64,000 nucleotides of DNA from the NCBI RefSeq assembly GCF_004010195.1, contig NC_057711.1, positions 77,660,925 to 77,724,924 of the forward strand. Direction: 5' to 3'. Below, piece by piece: positions 27,685-41,639 of the stretch. Source of the DNA: Chiloscyllium plagiosum (taxonomy: Eukaryota). The notes under the pieces are model-generated. The model saw nothing but the letters and a program-made list of their open reading frames with translations. It was not told the DNA's origin and did not search any database. The position numbers were made by a program, and so were the translations under genes. The stretch's first letter is position 1; every line of letters begins with the position of its first letter.

Positions 27685-28682
27685 ATCATACTTGGGGGAA
27701 TGTTTGCCGAGCTGGGAAGTTGATTTGTAGATGTTTTGACCCCTGTCTAGGTGACTTCTTCAGTGCTTTGGAGCCTCCTGTGAAGTGCCGCTGTACTGTC
27801 TTCTGGAATTTATTTGGTTCTGTTTCTGCTGCTTCTGGTTGTCTGTTCCAGTTGTTCATTGTAGTGGCTGGTATAGTCCAGGTCAATGTGCTTGTCTGTG
27901 GATGAGTGCCATGCTTCTAGGAATTCTGTGGCTGTCATCTGTTTAGCTTGTCCAATGATCGTTGTATTGATCAGCTGAATTTGTGGTCCTTGTCATCCTT
28001 TGTGTATGGCTACTAGGGACAGTTGATAGTGTTCTAGTTGATATTTGTTGATGTGGATTGTTAGTTGTTTGCTTGTTTGACTTATATAGTGTTCTGTGCA
28101 GTCTTTGCATGCAACCACCTGAACACGAGAAGCTGCATTTGGACTCTGTTCAAAAGGGCTACAACACACTGTAGCACTCCCGACCGACGAAGGGAAGAAG
28201 AACACTTCTACAGAGTCTTCATCAAGAAATGATATCCCTACAACTTCATCTGCAGATTCCTAACAGACAGACAACGTGACGAGGATGTGCCATGACTTAG
28301 CTTACTAGTCATGCGACCTTTTTATATATTTTTAAAAAAATGTCTTGGACCTGACAGCCAGGCTTCTCTGACCACTGGGATTCATGACAGCCCATAAACT
28401 GACAGCCACACTTGGACAACAACTCACCAGAATGAAAGATCCTATACTCATCATGTGCGAGACCAACATAATTTACAAGATTCCATGCCGGAAGCAGCAG
28501 GAAAGGCACTAAATAAATTCCATAAGACAAAATACAGCAGTGCTTCACAGGCGGCTCCACAGCACTGAAGATGTCACCTAGACAGGGGATGGAACGTCTG
28601 CAAATCAACTTCCCAGCTCAGCAAACATACCTACAACTATGCCAGCTGGCACCCAAGCTACAAATCTTTATGCAAACCTTGA
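27685..28682 (+). mobile_element. Internally deleted Penelope-like element with inverted termini
   Basis: Same family as 21504-24098; flanked by direct repeat aaatcattt (27676-27684, 28683-28691). Confidence 0.8.
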
Positions 28683-30006
28683 AAATCATTTTTATAAATG
28701 ATGAAATGCAGTGGACTCGGCACTGATCCTTGTGGCATGTTTGCTGGTCGCAGGCCTCCAGACTGAAAATGGACCTCTGTCACCGCCCTCTGTCTCCTGC
28801 CTTTGAGCCAATTTTGTATTCAATTGACTAGCTTCCCCAAGATCCCATGTGATCTAAACTTTCTAATCAGTCTATCATGTGGAACCTTTGTTGAACACTT
28901 GAAGTCCACAGATAATGTCTGCCACTCTCCCTTCGTCGATTTGTTACCTCCTCCAAAAAAAAACTTTCTCAAGTCATTGAGATGCGATTTTCCCCTGAAC
29001 AAATCTGTTGAAGTCCTTGCCTTTCCAAGTTCATGCAAATCCTGTCCCTCCGAATCCCCTCCAATAATTTATGCACCACTGACGTAAGGCTCACCAGTGT
29101 ATAGCTACCTGGCTTTTTCCTACCACCTTTCTTAAATAGTGACATCACATTAGCCAACCTCCAGTCTTCTAGCACCTCGCCTGTGACTGTTGATGATACA
29201 AATATCTTAAGGGGTCCAGCAACCTCTTCCCTAGCTTCCCACTAAATTCTGGGAAATGTGTGATCAGGACCTGGAGATTTATCTACCTTTTTGTATGTTT
29301 TAGATCTCTGCTGCAAAAGGAACTTTTTTGAACACTTCACTTTATTTTAACCTGGAAGCTGTAACTTTCAAAAACAGTTTTTTTAAAATGCATCTGCCTT
29401 GAGTAAGTTGAGAGATGGAGGAAGTAAGAGAGGATCCTGCTATGTTTCATTTGTTCGTAACAAAGTAAATGATCAAACTATCTGAGGCAAGAGTTGTCAC
29501 CATCCATGACAGTATCTGTACTTTTACACGCTACTATTTGTTTGTGTGTATATGTGTGTGAGAGAGAGATTTGTAGCATCAAGAAATAATAGACCCTGAC
29601 TCTGTTTTTGACTTTGGAGATGACTTGAAGTCAATATGTTTAACACACTCTCAACATCAGTCCTATCTGTCTTTTGGAGCCTATAAAACTCCTTATTGTC
29701 GCTACAAAGGAACAGGTATCTTATTATTCATCTTTGTAATGAAATAGAAAATGGTGTGTATAATCACGTTCCTATTTTAACGATGTTAAGTCTTTTATTT
29801 GACAGCAGCCCAATAGAGATTTTATTATACAAAATAAGTAAAATTTTGCTATTAATTCGAATAAAGAAATTCATTCAATCTTATCCTGCTGGGGCTTGAT
29901 TATGTATTGCATTTAGATGTCTATATTGTTTCCTGATATTACTACTTTCTCCCTCAGGCTGCATGGTTTAATTTCTAATGAAAATTAAATTATTTATTTT
30001 TCACAG

Positions 30007-30050
30007 GAGATGTAGTTCTCAATAACCTGGAAATAAAAGAAAATGCGTTG
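30007..30050 (+). CDS. VPS13A: VPS13A coding exon 2: (G)DVVLNNLEIKENAL
   Basis: tttttcacAG acceptor, GTAAGT donor, 44 nt, phase-compatible with exon 1; NL.IKENAL motif. Confidence 0.9.
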
Positions 30051-30640
30051 GTAAGTAACTTTGTTTTTTAAATTTTGCAAATGATTTGATTGTACTTACT
30101 GTTTGATTTATAATAAAAAAACAAGCTGAAATTTAAATCCCCAATGTCGGAGAGGGATGAGGATGAAAACTTAGAGGTATATATTGTTAGTGAGGTCTCT
30201 ACTGAATTGTCCTTTACCATTAGCTGGATGCTTGTTCATTCACCTATGAAGAAGAAACAAATGAGAAAGTAGGTCAGTTGTCTGCCAGGTCAAATGTTAT
30301 TTGACGTATGATGCCATCATTGTAAGTCCTCGTCTGTCCACGTTTAATCCAAGGGCTGTAATAGCTTGAGGAACGGAAGTTCTGGCATAACTGAAATGGA
30401 GCAACAAGGAGCAGTTGTAAGCGCCAATTGGAAATACTTTATTTTTGGTTTACAATAGACTCTGTTAAAATTGATTTTTTTTTTTGCCTGTTCTTTGGGA
30501 ACGCTTGCAGATTTGGTGTGATGTTTGGCATAATCTAGATCTCTCAAACTGACCAGTTTCATCAGGGCCTGAATGTTATTGGCCTTTGAATGTGAAAGGA
30601 AACTAGAATGGTGATTGAAGGATTTGCAGACCGGATACTT

Positions 30641-30958
30641 GGGCGGCATGGTGGCACAGTGGTTAGCACTGCTGCCTCACAGTGCCAGAGACCTGGGTTC
30701 AATTCCTTGTTCAACTGTCTGTGTGGAATTTGCATATTCTCCCTGTGTCTACGTGGATTTCCTCCGGGTGCTCCGGTTTCCTCCCACAGTCCAAAGATGT
30801 ACCGGTTAGGTGAATTGGCCATGCTAATTTGCCTGTAGTGTCAGGTGAAGGGGTAAATGTAGTGGAATGGGTCTGGGTGGGTTGCTCTTCGGAGGGTCGG
30901 TGTGGACTTGTTAGGCCAAAGGGCCTGTTTCCACACTATAAGTAATCTAATCTAATCT
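30641..30958 (+). mobile_element. HE1-like SINE
   Basis: A/B boxes, conserved body, (atcta)n tail. Confidence 0.85.
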
Positions 30959-31729
30959 TAAAAAAAAGTCCAATTTGAGATTTGGCCAGTTCCTCTGGAC
31001 CTATGTATTATTGGCCTTTTGGCCTTTGAATTGTGAAATTCCTGATAAATTTAATTTTGAAAGTATCAAAATTGTTTTGAGATGTCCAGCATCTGCATCA
31101 AGTTTTTTTTTCTGAATCTGTCAAGCGTTTATATAAGCCTGTATAATGCGGTTAGTGTTTTGGGGCAATTACATTTGAAAGGAGATCCAACTGGTTTCTT
31201 TTCATTGTCCCCCTCTTCTGCCTGGCTGAATGTGTTCTCACTTTGAAAAGCATCTCCTCCTCATCACCCTTTTTCCAATCAAAAGCTATTGCTTTGAGTT
31301 TCTGCAAGAATCCTAGCCAAGCCCACCTTTTTGACACTCAAATTTAAAAGTGATAACTTCAATTTAAATGGGTTTCCTCAGTCCAAGGTGATTCCAGGAA
31401 TTGTCTCATTGCTTATTCCTGGCATATTTAGGCCTCCTTCCTGATATCTTTCTCTCATGCGTTGACTTGTATCAGTCACTTCCTGTTCTTGCCATGAATT
31501 GGGAGTTTAATCAGTTTTTTGTTTCTGATTTCCATCTTTCTCTTAAATGCAACTGGTCCTTTTCTGACTCTTCTTATTTTTCCTTGACATTTCTTTATAT
31601 TTCTGGAGAGAGGCATTCAAATAATAATTTATGTAAGGCTGGAGACTCTCTCAAGCTACCTTTGACTACACTTTTTCTCTTTTTTTTGTTTCCTATAAAT
31701 GTTATCCTACTTTCCCTGAGATGACAATC

Positions 31730-34700
31730 AGTGGAGTGGTACGCTCTTTCTGTCTGAAGCGGAAGATCAGGGAGTAGTTGACTGTCTATGGTGACTACAT
31801 TTGCAGGAAGTGTGTTTTGGTTGCAGCTTCTATCAGATCAGTTGGGGGCCCTGAGGAGCATATAGGAAGCAGCGTGTGATAGAGAGTAGCTTCAGAGTGG
31901 TGCAGTCAGGTAGATGGGTGATTGCTAGCAGGGGTCTGCTCTGGATATTTCCCTCTCAAACAAGTATACTGTGTTGGATACTTTCGAGGGAGATAGTGTG
32001 TCAGAGGAACATAGCAGTGGCAACCAGGTCTTTGACACCATGACTGGTTCTGCTGTTAAGTGGGATATAGAGTCATAGAGATGTACAGCATGGATACAGA
32101 ACCTTCAGTCTAACTTGTCCATTCCGACCAGACATCCCAACCCAATTTAATCCCACCTGTCAGCACCCAGGCCATCTCCCTCAAACTCTTCCTATTCATA
32201 TACCTATCCAGATACCTTTTAAATGTTTTGCAATTGTACCAGACTCCACTACTTCCTCTGGCAGTCTATTCCATACACGCACTACCCTCTGAATGAAAAA
32301 GTTGCCGCTTAGGTCCCTTGTATATCTTGCCCCTGTACTCTTAAACCTATGCCTTCTAGTTCTGGACTCCCCCACCCGAGGAAAAAGACCTTGTCTATTT
32401 ACTCTATCCATGCCACTCATGATTTTATAAACCTCTATAAGGTCACCCTTTAGCCTCTCATGCTCCAGGGAAAACAGCCCTAGCCTATAGCCCCAACCTC
32501 TCCCTATAGCTCAAATCCTCCAACCCTGGCAAATTCATGTCAATCTTTTCTGAACCCTTTCAAGTTTCACAACATCCTTCCAATAGGAAGGAGACCATAA
32601 TTGCATTCAATATTCCAAAAGTGACCCAATCAATGTCCTGTACAACCACAACATGATCTCCCAACTCCTGCACTCAATACTCTGAACAATAAAGGAAAGC
32701 ACACCAAATGCTGCCTTCACTATCCTATCTACCTATAACTCTACTCTCAAGGAGCTATGAACCTGCACTCCAAGGTCAGTTTGTTCAGCAACACTCCCTA
32801 GGGCCTTATCATTAAGAGTATAAGTTCTGCTAAGATTTGCTTTCCCAAAATGCAGCACCTCGCATTTATCTAAATTAAACTCCATCTGCCACTCCTCAGC
32901 CCATTGGTCCATTTGATCAAGATCCAAGGTAACCTCCTTCGCTATCCACTACACCTCCCAATTTTGGTGTCATCTCTGGGCAATTTTGATAGGCACAGAC
33001 AAGCATTTCTGCAGCTATGGGCGAGACTTCAGAATAATGTGTTGCCTCCCTGGTGTCAGGGTCAAGGACATCTGAGAGCGGTTTCGGCAAATTCTCCAAA
33101 GGGGAGCATGAGCAACTGGAGGTCATTGTACACATTGGTACCAGCAACATAGGTAGAGAAAAGGAATGAGGTTCTGCATAATGAATATAAGAAGTTGGTA
33201 GGAGGTTAAAAAGCAGGAGCTCAAGGGAACTCAAGTGATCTCTGGATTACTCCTAATGCCATGCGTTAGTGAGAATAGGAACAGGAAGATAGGCAGATTA
33301 ATGTACGGCTGAGGAACTGGTGCAGGATGTAGATATACCTATTTGAGCAGGAGCAAAACTCTGCCTTATTTCCCAAGGTAAGGTAGGTAAGACTGAGATG
33401 CTAGTGGGGAGTATTTTGGGATCAGTGACCATAATTCTATTAGTTTTAAACAATTTATAGAAAAGCATAGGCCTTATCTCTCATTTCAAGTTCTAAATTG
33501 GAGCAAAGCCAATTTTGACAGTATTAGACAGGAACTTCAAAAGTTGATTGGGTGATGTTTGTTCACAGGCAAAGGCGTGACTGGGAAGTGGGAGGCTTTC
33601 AAAAGTGAGACAGTGAGAGTTGAGTGACAGTATGTTCCTGTTCGTGTGAAGGGCAAGGCTGGTAGGAGTATGGATGACGAGGGACATTGAGGGTTTAGTC
33701 AAGAAATAGAAGGGAAGCATATGTTGTATGTGGTTAGCAGGGAATTAATGAATTCCTGGAAGTGTATAAAAGCAGTAGAAGCATACTTGAGGCGGGAAAT
33801 CAGGAGGGCAAAAATGGACATGATAGCTTTAGCAAATAGAGTAGAGGAGAATCCAAAGAGATTCTTCAAGTACAATAAGGGAAAAAGAGTAACTTGGGAA
33901 AGAATCAGGCTCCTAATAGAGATATTTGTGACATTCACAGGCACTGGTTAGGTAGCAGAAGACTGGCAGCACACCACTGGTCAGAGGACTCTACTCTGAA
34001 CAATAACCTTCTACCATCATCCTCTGTCTCCCACCATCAAGCAAATTGCACTGGAGAGTGGCGAATGTTGTCATTATTTAAGAAGCCTTACAAACAAAAG
34101 CCAGGGAGCCATAGACTGGTGAGCCTGATATCAGTGGTGGGTAAGTTGTTGGAGGGGATTCTGAGAAAGAGGAGTTACATGTATTTGGAAAGGCAAGGAC
34201 TGATTAAAGATAGTCAGCATTGCTTTGTGTGTAGGGAAATATTCTCTCTCAAACTTGAGTTTTATGAAGAGCTGATCAAGCAGATAGATTAAGGCAGAAT
34301 GGTAGTTGTTATTGACGTGGACTTCAGCAAGAATTCAATAAGGATTCACTGGTTATAAAAGGTTAGATCCAAGGTGAGCTAGCCAATTGGATACAAAATT
34401 TGCTTGATGTTGGGAGACAGAGGCTGGTGGTCGATGGTTATTGTTCAGACTGGAGGCCTTTGACCAGTGGTGTGCTGTAAGGATTGGTGCTGGTTCCACT
34501 GTTTCTTTTACTTAACCAATTTGGATGAGAATATTGATGTGGTTACTAAGTTGGCAGATGATGCCAACATTTGTGGTGTAGTGGACAGTGAAAATTATCT
34601 AAGAGTATAATGGGATCTTGATTGACTGGACCAATGGGCTGAGGAGTGGCAAATGTAGTTTAATTTAGATAAATGAGTGGTGTTGTAGTTTGTTAAGACA

Positions 34701-35435
34701 GACCAGGGCAGAACTTGCACCATTAATGTTTGGGTCCTGGGGAGTATTGTCAAACAGAGACCTAGGGGTACAGTTAAGTAGTTCCTTTTAAAAGTGGCAT
34801 CACAGGTAGATAGGGTGGTGAAAAAGGCATTTGGCACGCTTGCTTTTATTGCTCATAATATTGAATATAAGTGTTGGGATGTCATCTTGTGGTTATACAA
34901 GAAATTGATGAAACTACATCTGAAATACTCAATACAATTCTGGTCACTCTGCTATAGGGAGGAGCTATTAAACTGGAATAGGTGCAGAAAAGATTTACAA
35001 GTACATTACTGAAACTGGAAAGGTGAATTATAAGGAGTGGCTGGTTAGATTGGGAGTTTTCGTTTCCCTGAAGTATTGGAGGCTGAGGGATGACCTCACG
35101 TTTATAAAATCATGAGGGCCATAGATAAGGTGAATAGCCAAATCCTTTCTGCAGGGTAGGGGAGTCCAAAACTAAAGGGCATAGATTTAAGGTTAGAAGG
35201 GAAGGATTTAAGAGAAACCTGAGGGGCAACATTTTCCACATAGATGATTGTGTATATGGAACGAGCTGCCAGAAGAAGTGATAGAGGTGAGAACAGTTAG
35301 AATGTTAAAGGACATTTGGACAGGTACGTGAATAGGAAAGGTTTGAGGGATATGGGCCAAATACAGGCAAATGGGAAAATCTTGTTGGCATGGGTGAGTT
35401 GGACCAAAAGGTCTTTGTGTTGTTCTGACTCTATC
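31730..35435 (+). mobile_element. Long decayed CR1 LINE (ORF1 zinc-finger/esterase remnants plus ORF2)
   Basis: DYICRKC at about 31.8 kb; CLPGVRV and VIVHIGTSNI (SGNH esterase) at 33.0-33.2 kb; SDHNSI endonuclease end; RT remnants 34.0-35.4 kb. Confidence 0.8.
32068..32973 (-). mobile_element. CR1 3' portion nested in the preceding CR1
   Basis: ORF 32733..32927 DLDQMDQWAEEWQMEFNLDKCEVLHFG; highly similar to 5188-6125. Confidence 0.9.
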
Positions 35436-35715
35436 CGATCTGTTCAGATGATGGCATCTTCTGTACTAGTACTTCCAATATGTCTTTCTCCTCAACCAGC
35501 TTACTTGCCAACCATGGTGTACAGGTCCCTCCCACTGTATCTAATTTACTTTTTGTGCATTTCAGTCCCCCCCCCACCCCCACTATATAGTCATGATATG
35601 GTTCCCCTTGTTTTCATCAGCCTCTGTATTCAAAGGATTACCACCTGGATAATTGCCACCATCAAATATATCTTCTCTTGCCTTTTCCTTGTATCATTTC
35701 ATTCCCTGATACCAT

Positions 35716-36056
35716 TGGGAAGCACAGTGGTTAACACTGTTCCTTTAAAGTGCCAGGGACCTAGGTTTGAGTCCACCCTTTGGTGACTCTGCAAACTCTA
35801 CACAGACACATTCTCCCCATGTCTGAGAGGGTTTCCTCCAGATGTTCTAGTTTCCTAACTACAGTTGAAAGATGTGCAGGTTAGGTGGATTGACCACACT
35901 AAAGTGTCTATGGTGACCAGTGGTGTGCAAGCTAGGTTGATTTTATCCCTGGGAAATTCAGGGATGGTGGGGTGGGTTTATGTAGGATGCTCTTTGGAGA
36001 GCCCATGTGGACTCGATGGGCCAAATGGCTTCCTTCCACACTGTAGAGATTCTATA
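35716..36056 (+). mobile_element. Degenerate HE1-like SINE
   Basis: Recognisable head and body with a short internal inversion (gcaaactctacacagaca). Confidence 0.65.
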
Positions 36057-36494
36057 ATGCCCTGCTCAAACCTCGTGTCCCGCTACTTAGTCACCCCCTT
36101 ATCCCGTCCCTCACTTTTCTACTCCTTTTGCATGCAAGTACTGAAGATGCAGTACTAGTCTTCAACCGCCTCTCAACACCATTCAAGGCCTCTCATCCTC
36201 TTGTGCTAAATAACAGTTTGTTTTTGTTTGTTTCAATTTAATGTGCTGTATTCAGCTGCTTCTAATGCAATAGTATTGCTACAAAGTTGAAAGAGTGTAT
36301 GGTCACTTTGAGATAGAAAGTATTTTCTGAATTTAAGTACAGCCACAGCTGCCGGTATAAAGAACAGTTAAGAAATGGGCTTTTCTAAAATAGAAAAAAT
36401 GACAATTATCTGTTAAGTGGATACCTGAGTTTTGGTAGCTGTTCTGACGACAGGTGCATTAAGGACATTTAAGTAACTCCTGTATAGGCACATG

Positions 36495-37365
36495 TGAAAA
36501 AGTGTATAGGCTATGCGCAGGTAGGGAAAGAGTTAAGTTTGAGTTTTGTGAACTGGGGTTCAGCTGAGCATGACTTGGATCAGATTAGATTAGATTAGAT
36601 TACTTAGTGTGGAAATAGGCCCTTCGGCCCAACAAGTCCACACCGTCCCGCCGAAGCGCAACCCACCCAGACACATTCCCCTACATTTACCCCTTCACCG
36701 AACCTGCAATTTAGAATGGCCAATTCACCTAACCTGCACGTTTTTTTTTGGACTGTGGGAGGAAACCGGAGCACCCAGAGGAAACCCACGCAGACACGGG
36801 GAGAATGTGCAAACTTCACACAGTCAGTCGCCTGAGGCGGGAATTGAACTCTGGTCTCTGGCGCTGTGAGGCAGCAGTGCTAACCACTGTCCCACTGTGC
36901 TGCCCATAAGAAAAGAACTTGCAGTTAACAATGGGGTGCTGGACGCAAAGGTAATGGGTTAACAAGGTGAAAAAGCATTCATTATGTCAAGTCATTTAAC
37001 AACATTGGAAGCATTTAGAATGTAAGGTCAGTTTAACAAGGTGGAACGTATTCATTATGAGAAGCCAGTTAAGGTTAAGAACATTCATTGTGTAACAGCA
37101 GATGGCTTAATCTTTAGTATTGACACTCGCTGATTATAACGGTCACTCAATGAATATGTATGTTGCCTTATTTGGGTGCTCTTCCCTGTAAAGTGACTAT
37201 AGAATTAATTAACAACTGCTGTTTGAAAGAGAAGACCGAGAACTCATGTCCCTGCGCACGGGCGATCGTTCTCTCTCCCACCAGGGCCCGGAATAAAGAT
37301 GAAGGGGTAAAACTATACTGTGTATCTGAGTGTTTTGCTTCAGCTGAGGGGGAAACGGGATGACA
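36495..37365 (+). mobile_element. Solo LTR with 4-bp target-site duplication, interrupted by a SINE
   Basis: CATG|TG...CA|CATG (36491-36494, 37366-37369) splitting a CR1 tail; U3 repeats ttaacaaggtg..attcattatg; TATAGAA 37198; AATAAA 37292-37297. Confidence 0.8.
36582..36906 (-). mobile_element. HE1-like SINE nested in the solo LTR
   Basis: Well-preserved copy with a (gatta)n tail on the + strand. Confidence 0.9.
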
Positions 37366-37409
37366 CATGGATGATAGTAAAATGAAGGGTATGTAGGTTA
37401 GTTTGACAT

Positions 37410-38971
37410 GTAGCTGTGAAGGACATTGGTTAGGCCACCTTTGGAATACTGCGTACAATTCTGGTCCCCCTGCTATAGGAAGGATGTTGTGAAACTTGAA
37501 AAGATTTACAAGATGTTGCCAAGGTTGGAGAGTTTGAGCTATAGGCAGAGGCTGAATAGAACATAAAACATACATAGAACAGTACATCCCATGACAAGCC
37601 CTTCATCTTCTATGTTGTGCTGACCTTTTATTCTACACTAAGATCGAACTAACCTACACATTCATTTTACTATCATCTATGTGCCTATCCAAGAGTTGCT
37701 TAAATGTCCCTAATATATCTGACTTTACCACCATTGCTGGCAGTGCATTCCACGCACCCACCACTCTTTGTAAAGAACCGTCTGATACCTCCCCTAAGCC
37801 TTCACTTTAAAATTATGCCCCCTTGTGATAACCATTTCTACCCTGGGGAAAGGTCTCTGACTATCCACTATCTATGCCTGTCATCATCATGTACACCTCT
37901 ATCAAGTCACCTCTAATCCTTTTTTATGTTCCAGTGAGTAAAGCCTTAGCTCCCTTAACCTTTCTTCCTTAGATATGCCCTCCAGTTCAGGCAGCATCCT
38001 GGTAAATCTCCTCTGTGCCCTCTCATCCATTTCCTCATCAAAGTGATTTATAAGAATCACAGAGAGCAGAGGTCCCAGAACAGATCCCTGTGGAACACCA
38101 CAGGTCACCGAGCTCCAATCTGAGTACTTTCTACCTACTACCACCCTTATCTTCTATGGACCAGACAATTCTGTATCCAGGCCGCCAAATCTCCTTGTAT
38201 CCTATGTCTCCTCACTTTCTGAATGAGCCTACCATGGAGAATCTTACCTATGTATTGCTAAAATTCATGTCCATCAAATCCACTGCTGTACCTTTTTAAT
38301 GTGTTTTGTCACATCATCCCAAAAAAATTCAGTAAGGCTTGTAAAGCATGACCTGCCCCTCATAAAGTCATGCTGATGGTCTCTAATCAAGTTATGCTTT
38401 TCCGAATAATCATAAATCCTGTCTCTTGGAATCCTCTCCAAATAATTTGCCCACTACTGACATAAGACTGGTCTATAATTTCCAGGATTATCCCTATTCC
38501 CTTTCTCAAACAAAAGAATAACATTTGCCACCTTCCAATCATCTGGCAGTATTCTAGTGGATAGTGAGGATGCAAAGATCATCATCAAAGGTGCAGTAAT
38601 CTCTTCCCTCGCTTGCTGTAGTAACCTTAGGTATATCCTGTCTAGTCCAGGGGACTTACCTATCCTTACGTTTTTCAAAATTTTTAGCACTTCCTCCTTC
38701 ATAACATTAACCTGTTCGAGCATATCAGCCTGTTTCATGCTGTCCTCACAAACGACGAAGTCCCTTTCACGAGTGAATACTGAAGCAAAATATTCATTTA
38801 AGAACCTCCCTTATCTCCTCTGACTTCAGGCACAAGTTTCCTCCACGACCCTTGATCAGCCCTATCCTCACTCTGGCCATCCTCTTGTTCCTTGCAGAGG
38901 TGTTGAATGCCTTAGGGTTTTCCTTAATCCTACCTGCTAAAGCTTTTTGCTCTCTTCTCTCCGCCCCCGCG

Positions 38972-39002
<31 letters not shown>

Positions 39003-40370
39003 AGCTCTCCTAAGTCCATCAGTTCCTTCCTGGCTATGTTGTAACTCTCTAGAGCCCAGTCTTGCTTCCCCAATGTTAAGCTTCCTTCTTCCTCTTGACT
39101 AGATATTCCATGTCTCTTGTTATCCAAGGTTCCTTTTCCCTATCATCCCTTTCTTGCCTCAGTAGGACAAACTTATCCGTCACTACAGGAAGTGCTCCCT
39201 AAACAACTTCCACATTTTGTCATGCATTTTCCTGAGAACACCTGTTCCCAATTTAGGTCCCCAGTTCCTGCCTAATAACATTGTAATTCCCCTCCCCAAT
39301 TAAATACTTTTCCATACTGTCTTCCTCTATCCCTCTCGATGACTGACTGTAGTAAAGGTCAGGGAATTGTAATCACTATTGCAGATATGCTCTCAAATAG
39401 AGAGATCTGACACCTGGCATGGTTCATTGCCAAGTGCCAAATCCAATGTGGCCTCTTCTCTAGTTGTCCTATCTATATATTGAGTCAGGAATCGTTCCTG
39501 GACACACCTGACAAAATCCACTCCATCCAAACTATTTGCACTAAGGAGGTTCCAGTCAATATTAGGAAAGTTGAAGTCACCCATGACAACAATCCTGTTA
39601 CTTTTGCACCTTTTCAAAATTTGCCTCCCAATTTGCCCCTCTGTGTCTCAAATGTTATAGGCTGGGGCTATTTTCCCTGGAACGTCAGAATATGATAGGT
39701 GACCTTAGAGGCTTATAAAGTCATGAGGGACATGGATAGGATAAATAGACAAGGTCTTATCCCTGGAGATGGGGGAGTTCAAAACTGGACGGCATAGGTT
39801 TTAAGTAAGAGGGGAAAGATTTAAAAGGGATATCAGGGGCAACATTTTCAAGCAGAAGGTGCATGGAATGAGCTGTCAGAGTAAGTGGTGGAGGCTGATA
39901 CAATTACAACATTTTAAAAGGCACCCGAGTACAGAAGAACCTCAAATATCCAAATGAGATAGGCGGGCACTGTTTCATTCGGATAATTTGATTATTTGGA
40001 TAATCGATTTTAGCTTAAATAAGGCTGTGCTCCACTGGAGAATTTGTTTAAATCTATAATTTTAATGAATCTCCTATTTAAACAAAGTAAGCTTTGCAGT
40101 CTGCAAATTACAGGTTAAAATGAGAAGGACTAAACCCTTACTGTGAAATCCCAGCATCAACAAGGTCCCAAAGAGCTTCTGTGATCGCAAGACCATTTAC
40201 AGTATCCGTTTCCAGAAACTCCGTCTCACGATAGAAAAACGGAAACCCAGCCTCGCGCATGTGTTTACGTTTTTGGCCTTGTTTTTTAAATGAACGGCCC
40301 GGTATCTGGTCAGCGTGGGTGAGTTGGACTGAAGGGTCTGTTTCCATGCTGTACACCTGTATGACTCTGT
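37410..40370. mobile_element. Nested CR1 cluster: a plus-strand 3' piece split by a minus-strand CR1 (about 37561-39655)
   Basis: Minus ORFs 39393..39617 (VMGDFNFPNIDW), 38454..38738 (KSPGLDRIY, DWKVANV, NYRPV) and 37902..38144 (GVPQGSVLGP). Confidence 0.85.
39930..40300 (+). mobile_element. Possible Tigger/pogo-like non-autonomous DNA transposon fragment
   Basis: TA-CAGAAGAACCTC..TATCC terminus followed by repeated ggataat motifs, interrupting a CR1 tail; second end not seen. Confidence 0.4.
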
Positions 40371-41596
40371 AACCCTATGTATGCCATCTGACCCTTGAAA
40401 CTCCTCAGTCTTCAGGGTTTTCTCAAGTCTTTTTACCGGTGATGGTGATTTTTATTTCAAGTTCTACTCTTGGAAGGTGAATTGTGCTGTGAGGAGTGAT
40501 TGTTAAAATTAGACACTTAATCTCTAGGGTTTTGGAGAATGAGAGATAATCTCATTGCAACATCAAAAATGCTCAGAGGGCTTGACAGAGTTGGTGCAGA
40601 AAAGATGTCTTCTCTTGTTGAGTGTCTGCAACCAGGGGCTGTAGTCTCAGAATAAGAGAATGCTAATTTAGGTACCAGAATAGGTAGAATTTCTTCACTC
40701 AAGATCTTGAATCTTTGGAATTCTCTACTTGGGGGTCATGGAAGGTGAGCGTGTGTGTATGTGTGTGTGTGTATATCTCCCCAAAATTGAAAGTATCAAA
40801 GAATATGAGGATAGTGTGGGAAAATGGTGTTTAGATAACAGATCAACCATCAGCTATCGAGTTGTATGGCAGAGTAGTTGTTGGGCTGAATGGTCTATCA
40901 TCCAAGTTCCTATTTTCCTTCCTGTTGTGTTGAGGCAGCTGCTTTTGCAGTCTGTCTTGCCTTATTTGCGCATACCCATTTCTTTCTACTGTACTCACTT
41001 TCTTTGTTTTGTGCCAAGAATCTTTTGGCCCTTAAATGACCCTGCCCCCTCTTCCATTACTGGAAATTCTGTTTTCCTGCTGGTCTCTATTTTCATTGGT
41101 TAAACTTTCGCAATTTCTATATTTTATTTCATTAAAACTGATATCATTGACCAGAAATGTATGGTTGGAACTTTACACTCCTTCACTAGCAAGTTTGATG
41201 TTACAGGTTCCTCACGTTCAATGGACATCCTGCTTGCTTACATAGTGATCCAAATTCTGACCTAACATTGGATGTCTGAATTAAAGTTTTGGAAAATCTA
41301 GTATCTGGTTGACCAGACCTTCGGTATGGACTGGTTGGACCATGGGGTCTGTTTCCATGCTGCATGACTCGATGACTCTCTACGACCCCAAGGTTAGGCT
41401 GCTGGGCTACTGGTGTTCTGTGTTCTCTTTCCATCACCAAGCACCCCTTCCGTCGTTACTGTACCAAACATGTAATTACTAAACCTGTTGGAACAAAGTT
41501 TAAAAAGTCTTGAGGAATGTGGTGATATAGAGGGTAAATTGTATTAGAGTATAATGGCTTTAAACAAAAACATTGATTCTTATTTTCTTTTTCCAG

Positions 41597-41639
41597 TGTG
41601 AGCTTAATGTTCCATTCAAAGTTAAAGCTGGTCATATTG
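41597..41639 (+). CDS. VPS13A: VPS13A coding exon 3: CELNVPFKVKAGHI(G)
   Basis: Polypyrimidine ttttctttttccAG, donor G|GTAAGT, 43 nt, in phase. Confidence 0.9.

Larger units (their letters stand above)
25755..29290 (-). mobile_element. CR1 LINE broken into three pieces (25755-26094, 27094-27684, 28683-29290)
   Basis: Collinear continuation across two insertions; ORFs 28969..29175 (EDWRLANV.SLFKKG) and 28820..29038 (KVPHDRLIRK). Confidence 0.8.
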
